Assembly (NCBI RefSeq): GCF_030013595.1 | Contig: NZ_CP122768.1 | Direction: 5' to 3' (one strand) | DNA length: 64,000 nucleotides | Origin: Escherichia coli | Lineage (GTDB): Bacteria > Pseudomonadota > Gammaproteobacteria > Enterobacterales > Enterobacteriaceae | Shown here: in pieces, positions 42,878-55,742 of the stretch | How positions within the stretch are numbered: the stretch's first letter is position 1 | How the letters are laid out: each line of letters starts with the position of its first letter | Program-made: the position numbers and the translations under genes | Notes under the pieces: model-generated | Databases searched by the model: none | Seen by the model: the letters and a program-made list of their open reading frames with translations, nothing else | What the model was told of the DNA's origin: nothing

Positions 42878-43243
42878 GCGAAAAAGAAAAACCGCAGACA
42901 CGACGTATGCAGGACGTGCTGCGGTTGGCTGGTGAACTTTCGATAGTGCGAGTATTGAATGATTTCCAGCCGTTATTGATTTTATATAACTGTAGTGGAG
43001 TTATTCAACACACAGGCAAAACGGAATAATCTGAGAAAAAAGCGTGCTTCGCCAATCAGGGGGGCGAAGCACGTCTGAATGACACCTGAAAATTTCCCGT
43101 CCGTTAAGTGTCCGCCCCGAGAGAAGTGGGGAACCATAACACCCTGTCGGGACGCAGAAAGAAACAACACAACTTGCAGGGATATTTCTCGATACTGCGT
43201 CAATGGTGGGGGATGTTAAATTATTACACTTAGTTACAAATAG

Positions 43244-43279
43244 AAAAGCCTCTGACTTCATAAGCAGAGGCTTTTCTTA
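43244..43279. terminator. Bidirectional hairpin terminator near the prophage right end
   Basis: agcctctg-N10-cagaggct with an A-run before and T-rich tract after. Confidence 0.45.
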
Positions 43280-43395
43280 AATGCGCGTGCATTTTGCGTG
43301 TATATTTTTGTCTTTTTCTGGTCCGCTCACTGTCTGGTCAGTGTCCATAAGTGACTGTTTTTATAGTCTCTGTCTGGTTGTGGTCCTGTCAAAAG

Positions 43396-43422
43396 TGGTG
43401 GAGCTGGCGGGAGTTGAACCCG
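43396..43422. repeat. att core, right copy (within the ssrA 3' end)
   Basis: Identical 27-mer to 292..318. Confidence 0.8.
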
Positions 43423-43758
43423 CGTCCGAAATTCCTACGTCCTCGGTACTACATGCTTAGTCAGTCTTTACATTCGCTTGCCAGCTGCGGACGGACACGC
43501 CACTAACAAACTAGCCTGATTAAGTTTTAACGCTTCAACCCCAGGCAGGGCTTCCACGCGATCTCTTTTGGGTTTGACCTCTCTTGATCCCCGTCCTAAG
43601 AGCGGAGGCTAGGGAGAGAGGGCTCTAAGCAGGTTATTAAGCTGCTAAAGCGTAGTTTTCGTCGTTTGCGACTATTTTTTGCGGCTTTTTACGAGGCCAA
43701 CCGCCCCTCGGCATGCACCTTGGGTTTCGCAAATCCCGTCGAATCCAGAATCAGCCCC
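43396..43758 (-). ncRNA. ssrA: tmRNA (SsrA), 363 nt
   Basis: Reverse complement begins ggggctgattctggattcgacgggatttgcg.. and ends ..gggttcaactcccgccagctccacca; contains the tag-reading frame (..gcaaacgacgaaaactacgctttagcagcttaa). Confidence 0.95.
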
Positions 43759-43972
43759 AATGTGTAACGGTAAGTATACCAGATTCATGAGTGCCATGAC
43801 CAGCCTCAATGGCGTTATCGTTAAAGATTTAGCACCCATGTAGCCTGATTTTTATTCGATTAAGCAATGGGATGGCAACATTTGTGTCGGATGTGATAGC
43901 CAATAAGATGTTCATTCGCGCCGCCGGAGAGGGAGGCGCGGTGAGGAACTGGTCAATAATTGGAGTGCAGGT

Positions 43973-44455
43973 TTAACGGTGGGCGTTTTTCATGATACGC
44001 GCTTTATCCACCTGCCATTCGCGCTCTTTGATATCTGAACGTTTATCGTGCTGTTTCTTACCTTTGGCGACGCCGATTTTCACTTTGCACCAGGCATTTT
44101 TCCAGTACAGGGAGAGCGCCACTACGGTATAGCCTTCTCGATTGACGCGACCGTACAATGAGTCCAGTTCGCGCTGGTTGAGAAGTAACTTGCGGGTACG
44201 GGTAGGATCGCACACCACATGCGTGGAGGCCACAGCCATTGGCGTGATGTTAGCGCCAAACAGAAATGCCTCTCCGTCACGCAGAAGGACGTAGCTGTCG
44301 CTGATATTGGCTTTTCCTGCGCGCAGGGATTTAACCTCCCAGCCTTGCAGGGCAAGTCCCGCCTCGAACTCTTCTTCGATAAAGTATTCGTGCCGGGCGC
44401 GCTTGTTAAGCGCGATGGTCGCTGAACCAGGTTTATGTGCTTTTTTCTTCGTCAT
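43973..44455 (-). CDS. smpB: SsrA-binding protein SmpB
   Basis: 160 aa, [45 protein letters not shown].. Confidence 0.95.
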
Positions 44456-44586
44456 AAGCGTCGTGAATCATCGGTAATCTGAAATCGAAAACACCCCATA
44501 TCAATCCTGCGGGGGACAAGGCTCTATCTTAGCATGAACCCGATGTTACCCAGCGCCGGGATAGCGTTTTTTTTACAGCAGGATAA

Positions 44587-45063
44587 ATGATATTATTTGT
44601 TGGATTTTTGTTGATGGAAATTGTTATGCCTCAGATTAGCCGGACCGCACTGGTACCCTACAGCGCGGAGCAAATGTATCAGTTAGTGAATGACGTTCAG
44701 TCTTATCCTCAGTTTTTGCCGGGTTGTACCGGAAGTCGGATTCTGGAGTCCACTCCTGGGCAGATGACTGCGGCGGTAGATGTCTCTAAGGCTGGGATCA
44801 GCAAAACGTTTACTACCCGCAACCAGTTGACCAGTAACCAAAGTATTCTTATGAATCTGGTGGATGGGCCGTTCAAGAAATTGATCGGTGGATGGAAGTT
44901 TACGCCGCTGAGCCAGGAGGCGTGTCGTATCGAGTTTCATCTCGATTTTGAGTTTACCAATAAGTTGATTGAACTCGCCTTTGGTCGCGTGTTTAAAGAG
45001 CTGGCGGCTAATATGGTCCGGGCTTTTACGGTTCGTGCGAAAGAGGTTTACAGTGCCAGGTAA
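44587..45063 (+). CDS. ratA: Ribosome association toxin RatA (SRPBCC family)
   Basis: 158-aa ORF matching E. coli RatA/YfjG as recalled. Confidence 0.85.
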
Positions 45064-45343
45064 AATTGCCGTTGAGGTGGCTTATGCGCTACCTGAGAAG
45101 CAGTACCTGCAGCGCGTGACGCTGCAGGAGGGCGCGACGGTTGAAGAAGCTATTCGCGCCAGTGGTTTGCTGGAATTGCGTACCGATATCGATTTAACTA
45201 AAAACAAAGTCGGCATTTACAGCCGTCCGGCCAAACTGAGCGATACCGTGCATGATGGCGATAGGGTGGAGATTTATCGTCCTCTCATTGCCGATCCGAA
45301 AGAGCTGCGCAGGCAACGAGCAGAAAAATCAGCGAATAAATAA
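45053..45343 (+). CDS. ratB: RatB/YfjF small protein
   Basis: 96-aa ORF from GTG overlapping the ratA 3' end. Confidence 0.75.
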
Positions 45344-45404
45344 CAGACAGAAAAAAGGTGCTCATTGAGCACCTTTTTTAACGTCTTTGAGAGCAACTTT
45401 ATTA

Positions 45405-45746
45405 TTAGTTACCACTCAGCGCAGGTTTATTATCAATATTGGTCAACACCCCGCTACTATTAAAGGTCAGCGTCAGCGTTTGCTGCGTTACACCTTCATG
45501 ACCTGGTTGCTGGCGGAAGACATAGAACCAGGTATTCGTACCAAATGGATCGGACATCAGCGGTGTACCCAATGCGTACGCAACTTGTTGTTGCGTCATG
45601 CCAACGCGTATTTTGGATACGTCGTTAGCGGTCAGATAATTCCCTTGGTTGATATCAGGACGGTAAACCACTCGCTCCAGAGTGGAACAGCCTGCGGTCA
45701 ACATCAATAGTACTGCTGCTGCAGCAGTCAGCGTTTTACAGCGCAT
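45405..45746 (-). CDS. bamE: Outer-membrane assembly lipoprotein BamE
   Basis: 113 aa, lipobox LTAGC. Confidence 0.9.
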
Positions 45747-45894
45747 AGTGATTTGATTCCTTTTCGGGCCCGAGCAGTACGTGGCTCATCTGTAATATGC
45801 CGATGATAATAGACCTTTCATCACTTTAAAACCTTTTGCTTTCCGGTCTTACGGCGTTTTGCTGTTTACTCTGACCGTGAAGCAGGAAAAAAGT

Positions 45895-47556
45895 TTACGC
45901 CGCAAGTAGTTCTTTCGCATTCGCCAGTGTGTTACGTGTGACTTCACTGCCACCAAGCAGGCGCGCCAGCTCTTGTAACCGCGCTTTTTTATCCAGGGAT
46001 TGCATATGCGTTTCTGTCATCGCACCATCGGTTTCTTTGCTGACAAAATAGTGTTGATGACCACATCCCGCGACTTGTGGCAGGTGGGTAACACACATCA
46101 CCTGAGTTGATTCGCCAAGTTGACGCAGCAGTTTGCCGACAACTGCCGCTGTTGGACCGCTAATCCCTACATCCACTTCATCAAAAATCAGTGCCGGGGT
46201 TTCCATTTTACGCGCCGTGATGACCTGAATTGCCAATGCGATGCGGGACAATTCACCACCGGATGCAACTTTGGCAATAGGCTGCATTGGCTGACCTGGG
46301 TTGGTGGTTACCCGAAACTCAATACGATCAGCGCCGTCAGCGCCCAGGTGATGCTCGTCAAATTTAATATCGATCGTAAACTGCCCATGTGGCATAGAGA
46401 GCGCATGCATACTTTTGGTGATCAGCTGTGCCAACTCATTTGCATAATGCTGGCGTTGCAGGTGTAATGCGTGCGCGGTTTCCAGTGCCTGCTGATGATG
46501 TTTCGTTACCGCCAGCGCGAGCGTTTCTTGTGAGTCGGCCTGATCGTCCAGTTGCTGCTGTTCTTCCAGTAGCGACTGGTAATACTGTGGCAATGCCTCA
46601 GGGCTGACGTGATGTTTACGTGCCAGCGAAATCTGTTTTGAGATGCGCTGTTCAAGTTCAAACAGTCGGTTGGGATCGAGATCCAGACGATCGCAGTAGT
46701 GGCGCAGTTCATCGCTGGCTTCAGTAATCTGGATGGTAGCTTCTTCCAGCATATCAAGTACGCCGGACAGTTTGCTGTCCATGCCAATCAATTCGCTCAC
46801 CAGTTGTTTAGCCGTGTAAAGCTGACTTTGCAGGTTTGCGTCTTCACCGTCGGCCATTACTGCCAATGCATTCTGGCTGGTAGTCAGCAATTGACCGCTG
46901 TTCGCCAGACGTTTGTACTCTTCGTCGATTTGCTCAAACTCTCCGGGCTGCGGATTAAATTCGTTAAGTTCTTTTAATTGGTATTGCAGCAGTTCTGCAC
47001 GGGCGGCGCGTTCCTGACTTAACTGTTGATGATGCGCGAGGTCACGGCAGCTTTGATGCCACAACTGATAACGTGCGGTCATTTCCTGGAGTAGAGAGGT
47101 TTCATTGGCATAGCCATCAAGCAGGAATTTTTGGTGCTCGGGTTTGGTGAGTAACTGATGAGCGTGCTGACCATGGATCTGAATCAGCAACTGACCCAGT
47201 TCGCGCAGTTGTGAAAGAGGAACCGCTGTACCGTTGATAAAACCACGGGAGCGACCATCGCTGCTGATTACGCGACGAAGCAAACATTCATGCCCGTCTT
47301 CAAGCTGGTTTTCTTCCAGCCAGCGCAGGGCCGCTGGCGTATCTTTCAGAGAAAAACGGGCGCACAGGTCGGCACGAGCAGCGCCGGTACGCACCATGTC
47401 GGCTTCAGCGCGACCACCGAGACAAAGGCCGAGGGCATCTATTGCAATAGATTTACCCGCGCCGGTCTCGCCAGTTATTACGGTCATGCCGCTATGAAAA
47501 TCAATCTCAAGCTCACGAACGATAGCAAAGTTGCTGATGGTCAGTTGTGCCAACAT
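45895..47556 (-). CDS. recN: DNA repair protein RecN
   Basis: 553 aa, SMC-like ATPase; Walker A GETGAGKS. Confidence 0.95.
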   Translation of the reverse strand: MLAQLTISNFAIVRELEIDFHSGMTVITGETGAGKSIAIDALGLCLGGRAEADMVRTGAARADLCARFSLKDTPAALRWLEENQLEDGHECLLRRVISSDGRSRGFINGTAVPLSQLRELGQLLIQIHGQHAHQLLTKPEHQKFLLDGYANETSLLQEMTARYQLWHQSCRDLAHHQQLSQERAARAELLQYQLKELNEFNPQPGEFEQIDEEYKRLANSGQLLTTSQNALAVMADGEDANLQSQLYTAKQLVSELIGMDSKLSGVLDMLEEATIQITEASDELRHYCDRLDLDPNRLFELEQRISKQISLARKHHVSPEALPQYYQSLLEEQQQLDDQADSQETLALAVTKHHQQALETAHALHLQRQHYANELAQLITKSMHALSMPHGQFTIDIKFDEHHLGADGADRIEFRVTTNPGQPMQPIAKVASGGELSRIALAIQVITARKMETPALIFDEVDVGISGPTAAVVGKLLRQLGESTQVMCVTHLPQVAGCGHQHYFVSKETDGAMTETHMQSLDKKARLQELARLLGGSEVTRNTLANAKELLAA

Positions 47557-47641
47557 AGTTGTTTTCCTGTATGAAAAACCATTACTGTTATTGTGTACAG
47601 TATAAACTGGTTTTATATACAGTAAAGAGGCTGGCGTAAAA

Positions 47642-48520
47642 TTAGAATAATTTTTTTGACCAGCCGAGCTTGGTGCTTAATGTATTGAAATAACTGTAAT
47701 CTTTCGGATGAATCAGATTCAGATGGTAATCACAGCGACGAATCAGGACATCTTCACCTTCCTGAATCGGCAGTGCTATCTGGCTGTCGCAACTGATTTC
47801 CAGGTCGTTACGGCGATGCGAAAAACGCAGACGGATCGTGCTGCTGCTGTTTATCACCAGCGGTCGCGCTGACAACGTATGCGGGAACATGGGCACCAGG
47901 GTAATCGCATCCAGAGAGGGTGTCAGAATAGGACCGCCCGCAGAGAGGGAATAGGCGGTGGAGCCTGTTGGCGTCGAAATAATCAGGCCATCAGAACGCT
48001 GAGAAAACGCAAAGATCTCGTCGATATACACTTCGAACTCAATCATATGCGCCACTTTGCCAGGATGAAGTACCACTTCGTTAATCGCCGTGCTGATGCG
48101 TTTCTGGCAATCTTGCTGACAAACTTGCGCTTCCAGCAAAAAACGTTTCTCGCTGATGTAGTGGCCTTCCAGCACATCGGCTAATTGTTGCTGGGCGTTA
48201 TCGGGATCAAGGTCGGTCAGGAAACCCAGGTTGCCACGGTTGATTCCAATAACTTTAATATCGTAACGGGCGAGTGTGCGTGCCGCGCCCAGCATATTAC
48301 CGTCGCCACCAACGACTACCGCGAGATCAGCCAGTTGTCCAATCTCCGCGAGCGTGCCAGTTTTCACATTCTTCAGTTGCAGTTCGTGAGCGATTTGCTG
48401 CTCAACGATGACCTCGTAACCTTTTGTGCACAGCCAGCGGTAGAGCATTTCATGTGTTGTCAGTGCAGTGGGGTGCCGTGGGTGTCCCACAATGCCAATA
48501 CACTTGAAATGATTATTCAT
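47642..48520 (-). CDS. nadK: NAD kinase
   Basis: 292 aa with GGDG motif ([11 protein letters not shown]). Confidence 0.95.
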
Positions 48521-48609
48521 TTTTCCGAGGTCCTTGTTGCGAAGATTGATGACAATGTGAGTGCTTCCCTTGAAACCCTGAAACTGATCCCCATAATAAG
48601 CGAAGTTAG

Positions 48610-49236
<627 letters not shown>

Positions 49237-49290
49237 TTTCTGCTTTCGTAATAAATCACGGCCCAGCATGCGAATGCCGGGCCGTTTTCG

Positions 49291-50553
49291 TTACTCCGCC
49301 ACACTCTCGCGCAGCGGTTTCACAGGAAAAACTTTTACCTGTTTAATCATATTGTCCTGTACGTCGAGAATATCGATATCGTACTCGCCAATACGTACAC
49401 GGGTGCCCGCGACCGGGATCTCTTCCAGTGCCTCAAGAATGACGCCATTAACCGTTCGTGCATCATCTTCCGGTAGATGCCAGTTAAAGGCTTTGTTGAT
49501 TTCCCGCACGTTGGCGGTGCCATCAATAATCACCGAACCGTCGTTTTGCGGCGTGACCTCTTCGGCAAGTGTTGGCGACATGGACGTGGTGAAATCACCG
49601 ACGATCTCTTCCAGAATATCTTCAACCGTCACCAGTCCCTGAATGTCTCCATACTCGTTGACGACCAGGCCGACTTTCTTTTTGTTGCGCTGAAACTTCA
49701 CCAACTGCGTGCTGAGGGGCGTACCTTCCGGGACAAAATAGATCTCGTCCGCGGCGCGCAGCATGGTTTCTTTGGTGAACTCTTTTTTCTCCGACATCAA
49801 CCGCCAGGCTTCACGTACTCGCAGCATACTGATGGCGTCGTCCAGCGAATCACGGTAGAGCACGATGCGCCCGTGAGGTGAGTGGGATAGTTGGCGCAGA
49901 ATCGATTTCCAGTCATCGTTGATATCAATACCGATAATTTCACTGCGCGGCACCATGATGTCATCAACGGTCATCTTTTCCAGATCGAGCACAGACAGCA
50001 GCATATCCTGATTGCGACGGGAAATTTGTGAGCGCGACTCATGCACGATAGTGCGCAACTCTTCTTTGCTCAAAGAGCCGCTAACCACGATATCGGTTTT
50101 GATACCCATCATGCGCATCAGCATACGGGTGATAGCATTCAGCAACCAGACCAGCGGCATCATCAAAATTTGCAGCGGAGCCAGCAGAAAACTACTCGGA
50201 TAAGCGACTTTTTCCGGGTACAGCGCGGCAATGGTTTTCGGCAATACCTCAGCAAATACTAGTACGACAAAAGTCAGCACACCAGTTGCAATTGCCACGC
50301 CCGCATCGCCGTACAAACGCATCCCAACAATAGTGCCGAGCGCGGAGGCAAGAATATTGACCAGGTTATTGCCGATTAACACCAGGCTTATCAGGCGGTC
50401 TGGCTTACGCAGCAATTTTTCGACGCGTTTGGCCGAGCGATTACCCTGTTTCGCCATATGTCGCAGACGATAGCGGTTGAGGGTCATCATTCCGGTTTCG
50501 GACCCGGAAAAATAGGCTGAAATGACCACCATGATGATCAGAATAATGATCAA
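49291..50553 (-). CDS. yfjD: CorC/HlyC-family membrane protein with CBS domains (YfjD-like)
   Basis: 420 aa; DUF21 transmembrane region plus CBS pair. Confidence 0.85.
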   Translation of the reverse strand: MIIILIIMVVISAYFSGSETGMMTLNRYRLRHMAKQGNRSAKRVEKLLRKPDRLISLVLIGNNLVNILASALGTIVGMRLYGDAGVAIATGVLTFVVLVFAEVLPKTIAALYPEKVAYPSSFLLAPLQILMMPLVWLLNAITRMLMRMMGIKTDIVVSGSLSKEELRTIVHESRSQISRRNQDMLLSVLDLEKMTVDDIMVPRSEIIGIDINDDWKSILRQLSHSPHGRIVLYRDSLDDAISMLRVREAWRLMSEKKEFTKETMLRAADEIYFVPEGTPLSTQLVKFQRNKKKVGLVVNEYGDIQGLVTVEDILEEIVGDFTTSMSPTLAEEVTPQNDGSVIIDGTANVREINKAFNWHLPEDDARTVNGVILEALEEIPVAGTRVRIGEYDIDILDVQDNMIKQVKVFPVKPLRESVAE

Positions 50554-50597
50554 CGTAGTAGTAGAAATGTGTTCCAGGGGAAACTCCTTTTCTGGGT

Positions 50598-51389
50598 TTA
50601 GCTGATTAACTGCTGGACAATTCGGCTGCCGAAGTAGGCCAGTGTCAGAATGACTGCACCCGCAACGTTAAACCAGACGACGCGGCGTCCACGCCATCCT
50701 TCATGATAATGTCCCCACAGCAGCACAATATAGACAAACCACGCCACGATAGAGAGCACGGCCTTGTCGATATTTTCCATGCTAAATAAGTTGTGCATGT
50801 AGAACAGGCCAGTGCAAAGCGTGAGCGTTAGCAGCACCACGCCAATCTGCGTGATGTGGAACATTTTACGCTCGATACTCATTAATGGCGGCATTTCCTG
50901 GTTAAACGCCAGCTTCTTGTTCTTCAGTTGGTAATCAATCCACGCCAGTTGCAGCGCGTACAGGGCGGCGATAATCAGCGTGGCATAGGAAAAGAGCGAT
51001 AAGCCAATGTGCACCAGCATCCCAGGCGTTGCTTCCAGATGAGTGATGTATTCATTGGGCATGAAGGTCGCCAGCGCCAGGTTGATAAGCGCAAAGGCAT
51101 AGACAATGGGTAGCAGCAACCAGCCACGATTGCGAGAAGCCACAATGGTCATTACCGTACAGATCATCAAACTGACCAATGAACCAACGTTCAGCAGGCT
51201 GAGGTTTTGTCCGCTATCACCGTCGGGCAGGATGCGGGCTTCCAGAGCGATTGCGTGGCAGACCAGCGCAATGACCGCAGAAATAATAGCCATGCGCCGC
51301 CAGCCGCCGTTTTTTTGCAGCAGACCGGGAACAATCAGCGCAAGACTGACGGAGTAGGCGACAAGCGCGAGCAGAGCAAAAACGGGCAT
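50598..51389 (-). CDS. ypjD: Inner membrane protein YpjD (cytochrome c assembly-like)
   Basis: Polytopic membrane protein; start set at the internal Met to give 263 aa. Confidence 0.75.
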   Translation of the reverse strand: MPVFALLALVAYSVSLALIVPGLLQKNGGWRRMAIISAVIALVCHAIALEARILPDGDSGQNLSLLNVGSLVSLMICTVMTIVASRNRGWLLLPIVYAFALINLALATFMPNEYITHLEATPGMLVHIGLSLFSYATLIIAALYALQLAWIDYQLKNKKLAFNQEMPPLMSIERKMFHITQIGVVLLTLTLCTGLFYMHNLFSMENIDKAVLSIVAWFVYIVLLWGHYHEGWRGRRVVWFNVAGAVILTLAYFGSRIVQQLIS

Positions 51390-51555
51390 AGTGATGTCGA
51401 CAGTTTGAGCAATAAGAAAGAGAAGCAGTATAGCGTCAGGTGAACGCTGCTCCAACCGTTGCATAACAACAAAGACGCCTTCATGTTATACTGCGGCAAA
51501 ATACTGATGATGTGTCGCGATTGCGGCCAACCGTTTCCACCCCAGGCGAGAGACA

Positions 51556-52917
51556 ATGTTTGATAATTTAACCGATCGTTTGTCGCGCACGCTGCGCAAT
51601 ATCAGTGGCCGTGGACGCCTCACTGAAGACAACGTAAAAGATACGCTGCGCGAAGTGCGCATGGCGCTGCTGGAGGCGGACGTCGCTCTGCCGGTAGTGC
51701 GTGAGTTTATCAATCGCGTAAAAGAGAAAGCGGTTGGTCATGAAGTTAATAAGAGCCTGACGCCGGGGCAGGAGTTCGTCAAAATCGTCCGTAACGAACT
51801 GGTTGCGGCGATGGGCGAACAGAACCAGACCCTGAACCTGGCTGCGCAACCGCCAGCGGTCGTGCTGATGGCGGGCCTGCAAGGTGCCGGTAAAACAACC
51901 AGCGTTGGTAAACTCGGTAAGTTCCTGCGCGAGAAGCACAAGAAGAAAGTGCTGGTGGTTTCCGCCGACGTTTATCGCCCGGCGGCAATCAAACAGCTTG
52001 AGACGCTGGCAGAGCAGGTGGGCGTTGATTTCTTCCCTTCTGATGTTGGTCAGAAGCCGGTAGATATCGTTAACGCGGCGCTGAAAGAAGCCAAACTGAA
52101 ATTCTACGACGTGCTGCTGGTGGATACCGCTGGTCGTCTGCACGTTGACGAAGCGATGATGGATGAGATCAAACAAGTCCATGCGTCGATTAATCCGGTT
52201 GAAACCCTGTTTGTGGTTGACGCCATGACCGGTCAGGATGCGGCCAATACGGCAAAAGCATTTAATGAAGCGTTACCGCTTACCGGCGTAGTGTTGACCA
52301 AAGTGGACGGCGATGCCCGCGGCGGTGCGGCACTCTCTATTCGTCACATCACTGGCAAACCGATCAAGTTCCTCGGTGTTGGCGAGAAAACTGAGGCGCT
52401 GGAGCCGTTCCATCCGGACCGCATCGCGTCGCGTATTCTCGGCATGGGCGACGTACTGTCACTGATCGAAGATATCGAAAGCAAAGTTGACCGCGCGCAG
52501 GCAGAGAAATTAGCCAGCAAGCTGAAAAAAGGCGACGGCTTCGATCTCAACGACTTTCTTGAGCAGCTGCGCCAGATGAAAAATATGGGCGGCATGGCTA
52601 GCCTGATGGGCAAGCTGCCGGGCATGGGGCAGATCCCGGATAACGTCAAGTCGCAGATGGACGATAAAGTGCTGGTGCGTATGGAAGCCATCATCAACTC
52701 GATGACGATGAAAGAGCGCGCTAAGCCAGAAATCATCAAAGGTTCGCGTAAGCGTCGTATCGCCGCCGGTTGCGGGATGCAGGTACAGGACGTTAACCGC
52801 CTTCTGAAGCAGTTCGACGACATGCAGCGCATGATGAAGAAAATGAAGAAGGGCGGAATGGCGAAGATGATGAGAAGCATGAAGGGTATGATGCCGCCGG
52901 GATTTCCTGGTCGCTAA
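51556..52917 (+). CDS. ffh: Signal recognition particle protein Ffh
   Basis: 453 aa; GTPase motifs and Met-rich M domain. Confidence 0.95.
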   Translation: MFDNLTDRLSRTLRNISGRGRLTEDNVKDTLREVRMALLEADVALPVVREFINRVKEKAVGHEVNKSLTPGQEFVKIVRNELVAAMGEQNQTLNLAAQPPAVVLMAGLQGAGKTTSVGKLGKFLREKHKKKVLVVSADVYRPAAIKQLETLAEQVGVDFFPSDVGQKPVDIVNAALKEAKLKFYDVLLVDTAGRLHVDEAMMDEIKQVHASINPVETLFVVDAMTGQDAANTAKAFNEALPLTGVVLTKVDGDARGGAALSIRHITGKPIKFLGVGEKTEALEPFHPDRIASRILGMGDVLSLIEDIESKVDRAQAEKLASKLKKGDGFDLNDFLEQLRQMKNMGGMASLMGKLPGMGQIPDNVKSQMDDKVLVRMEAIINSMTMKERAKPEIIKGSRKRRIAAGCGMQVQDVNRLLKQFDDMQRMMKKMKKGGMAKMMRSMKGMMPPGFPGR

Positions 52918-53087
52918 TCGGCCTGGCTTGTTTGCCATTTTGGCACCGGGGTGTGCTCGTCATCCTCACGTACTGCGTGTACGCTCCGGTGACTGCGCGC
53001 ACTCCGGCACCAGACTGGCTGCACCGCCGACGGCCTTTTACAGCAGAGTTAGCAACTGTTGATTGCAATTTCCGCAAAAATGAGTAA

Positions 53088-53414
<327 letters not shown>

Positions 53415-53432
53415 TCTGTCACGGTGGTCATG

Positions 53433-53981
53433 ATGAGCAAACAACTCACCGCGCAAGCACCTGTTGATCCCATCGTTTTGGGAAAAATGGGTTCGTCTTA
53501 CGGTATTCGTGGGTGGCTCAGAGTGTTTTCTTCCACCGAAGACGCCGAAAGCATTTTTGACTATCAGCCCTGGTTTATCCAGAAGGCGGGTCAGTGGCAG
53601 CAAGTCCAGCTGGAAAGCTGGAAGCACCACAATCAGGACATGATCATCAAGCTGAAAGGCGTTGACGATCGTGATGCGGCGAACCTGCTGACGAATTGTG
53701 AAATTGTCGTGGATTCATCGCAGCTGCCTCAGCTTGAAGAGGGTGACTACTACTGGAAAGACCTGATGGGCTGCCAGGTAGTAACCACTGAAGGCTACGA
53801 TCTCGGTAAAGTCGTCGATATGATGGAAACCGGATCTAATGACGTTCTCGTCATTAAGGCAAACCTGAAAGATGCGTTTGGTATCAAGGAACGTCTCGTA
53901 CCGTTCCTCGATGGGCAGGTTATCAAGAAAGTCGATCTCACTACTCGTTCAATCGAAGTAGATTGGGATCCTGGTTTTTAA
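53433..53981 (+). CDS. rimM: Ribosome maturation factor RimM
   Basis: 182 aa from [10 protein letters not shown].. Confidence 0.9.
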
Positions 53982-54011
53982 ACCACCGGATAAACGGTAA
54001 AAGACGGCGCT

Positions 54012-54779
54012 ATGTGGATTGGCATAATTAGCCTGTTTCCTGAAATGTTCCGCGCAATTACCGATTACGGGGTAACTGGCCGGGCAGTTAAAAATGGCCT
54101 GCTGAGCATCCAGAGCTGGAGTCCTCGCGACTTCACGCATGACCGGCACCGTACCGTGGACGATCGTCCTTACGGCGGCGGACCGGGGATGTTAATGATG
54201 GTGCAACCTTTGCGGGACGCCATTCATGCAGCAAAAGCCGCGGCGGGTGAAGGCGCAAAGGTGATTTATCTGTCACCACAGGGACGCAAGCTTGATCAAG
54301 AGGGCGTCAGCGAACTGGCAACGAATCAAAAATTGATTCTGGTGTGCGGTCGCTACGAAGGTATAGATGAGCGCGTGATCCAAACCGAAATTGACGAAGA
54401 ATGGTCAATCGGCGATTACGTTCTCAGTGGTGGTGAGTTACCAGCAATGACGCTGATTGACTCCGTTTCCCGGTTTATTCCGGGAGTACTGGGACATGAA
54501 GCCTCGGCAACGGAAGATTCCTTTGCTGAAGGATTGCTGGATTGCCCGCACTATACGCGGCCTGAGGTGTTAGAAGGGATGGAAGTTCCGTCAGTGTTAC
54601 TGTCGGGCAACCATGCCGAGATACGTCGCTGGCGTTTGAAACAGTCGCTGGGCCGTACCTGGCTTAGAAGACCTGAACTTCTGGAAAACCTGGCTCTGAC
54701 TGAAGAGCAAGCAAGGTTGCTGGCGGAGTTCAAAACGGAACACGCACAACAGCAACATAAACATGATGGGATGGCGTAA
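54012..54779 (+). CDS. trmD: tRNA (guanine37-N1)-methyltransferase TrmD
   Basis: 255 aa. Confidence 0.95.
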   Translation: MWIGIISLFPEMFRAITDYGVTGRAVKNGLLSIQSWSPRDFTHDRHRTVDDRPYGGGPGMLMMVQPLRDAIHAAKAAAGEGAKVIYLSPQGRKLDQEGVSELATNQKLILVCGRYEGIDERVIQTEIDEEWSIGDYVLSGGELPAMTLIDSVSRFIPGVLGHEASATEDSFAEGLLDCPHYTRPEVLEGMEVPSVLLSGNHAEIRRWRLKQSLGRTWLRRPELLENLALTEEQARLLAEFKTEHAQQQHKHDGMA

Positions 54780-54817
54780 GCCCCCGAGATATCAGTTTAC
54801 CCAGGATAAGAGATTAA

Positions 54818-55168
<351 letters not shown>

Positions 55169-55244
55169 GATTTCGCTTAAGCGACATCCTGTTAAGAAGG
55201 GCTGGCCAATTGGCTGGCCCTTTTTTTGTCTGTTTGCTCGTGTT

Positions 55245-55727
55245 TTAAGGGGTTGTAATCACCACTGCGACGCGGCGGTTCTCGGCGCGGCCCTGGGCGG
55301 TCTTGTTACTGGCTATGGGATATTTTTTTCCTAAACCCTGTGTGGTGAGATTGCTGCGTGGAATTTTTCCACCCATAGCCCATGCATCGGCCACGACATT
55401 CGCCCGTTTCAATGATAAGCCTTCGTTGTAACTGTCTTCACCATAGTTATCGGTGTGTCCATCCATACGGGCATGTGTTAGCCCTGTCGAGGCCAATTTG
55501 GCTGCCATGGTTTGGATCTGTTGCTGGCTTTCCGGGAGCAATTTGTAGTCATTTTTTGCGAACAGAATGGCATCTGATAAGCCCAGCGACCAGTCGCCGG
55601 CGGATTCAGTAAATCCATAAGATTGCATAGCGACGACTTGCTCAGGAGTAAACTTTCCCTGAGGGGACTGGCAGCCAGTCAGTACTAGCGAGGTGAAAAT
55701 CAGGGGTGCTACCAGGTGCTTTATCAT
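55245..55727 (-). CDS. yfiB: OmpA-family lipoprotein YfiB
   Basis: Lipobox LTGC; OmpA-like C-terminal domain. Confidence 0.85.
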   Translation of the reverse strand: MIKHLVAPLIFTSLVLTGCQSPQGKFTPEQVVAMQSYGFTESAGDWSLGLSDAILFAKNDYKLLPESQQQIQTMAAKLASTGLTHARMDGHTDNYGEDSYNEGLSLKRANVVADAWAMGGKIPRSNLTTQGLGKKYPIASNKTAQGRAENRRVAVVITTP

Positions 55728-55742
55728 ATCGATATATCCTTG

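Noticed and set aside
43001-43261. 86-aa minus-strand ORF in the prophage right arm
   Set aside because: Start codon lies inside a terminator hairpin, no ribosome-binding site, Cys-rich atypical composition
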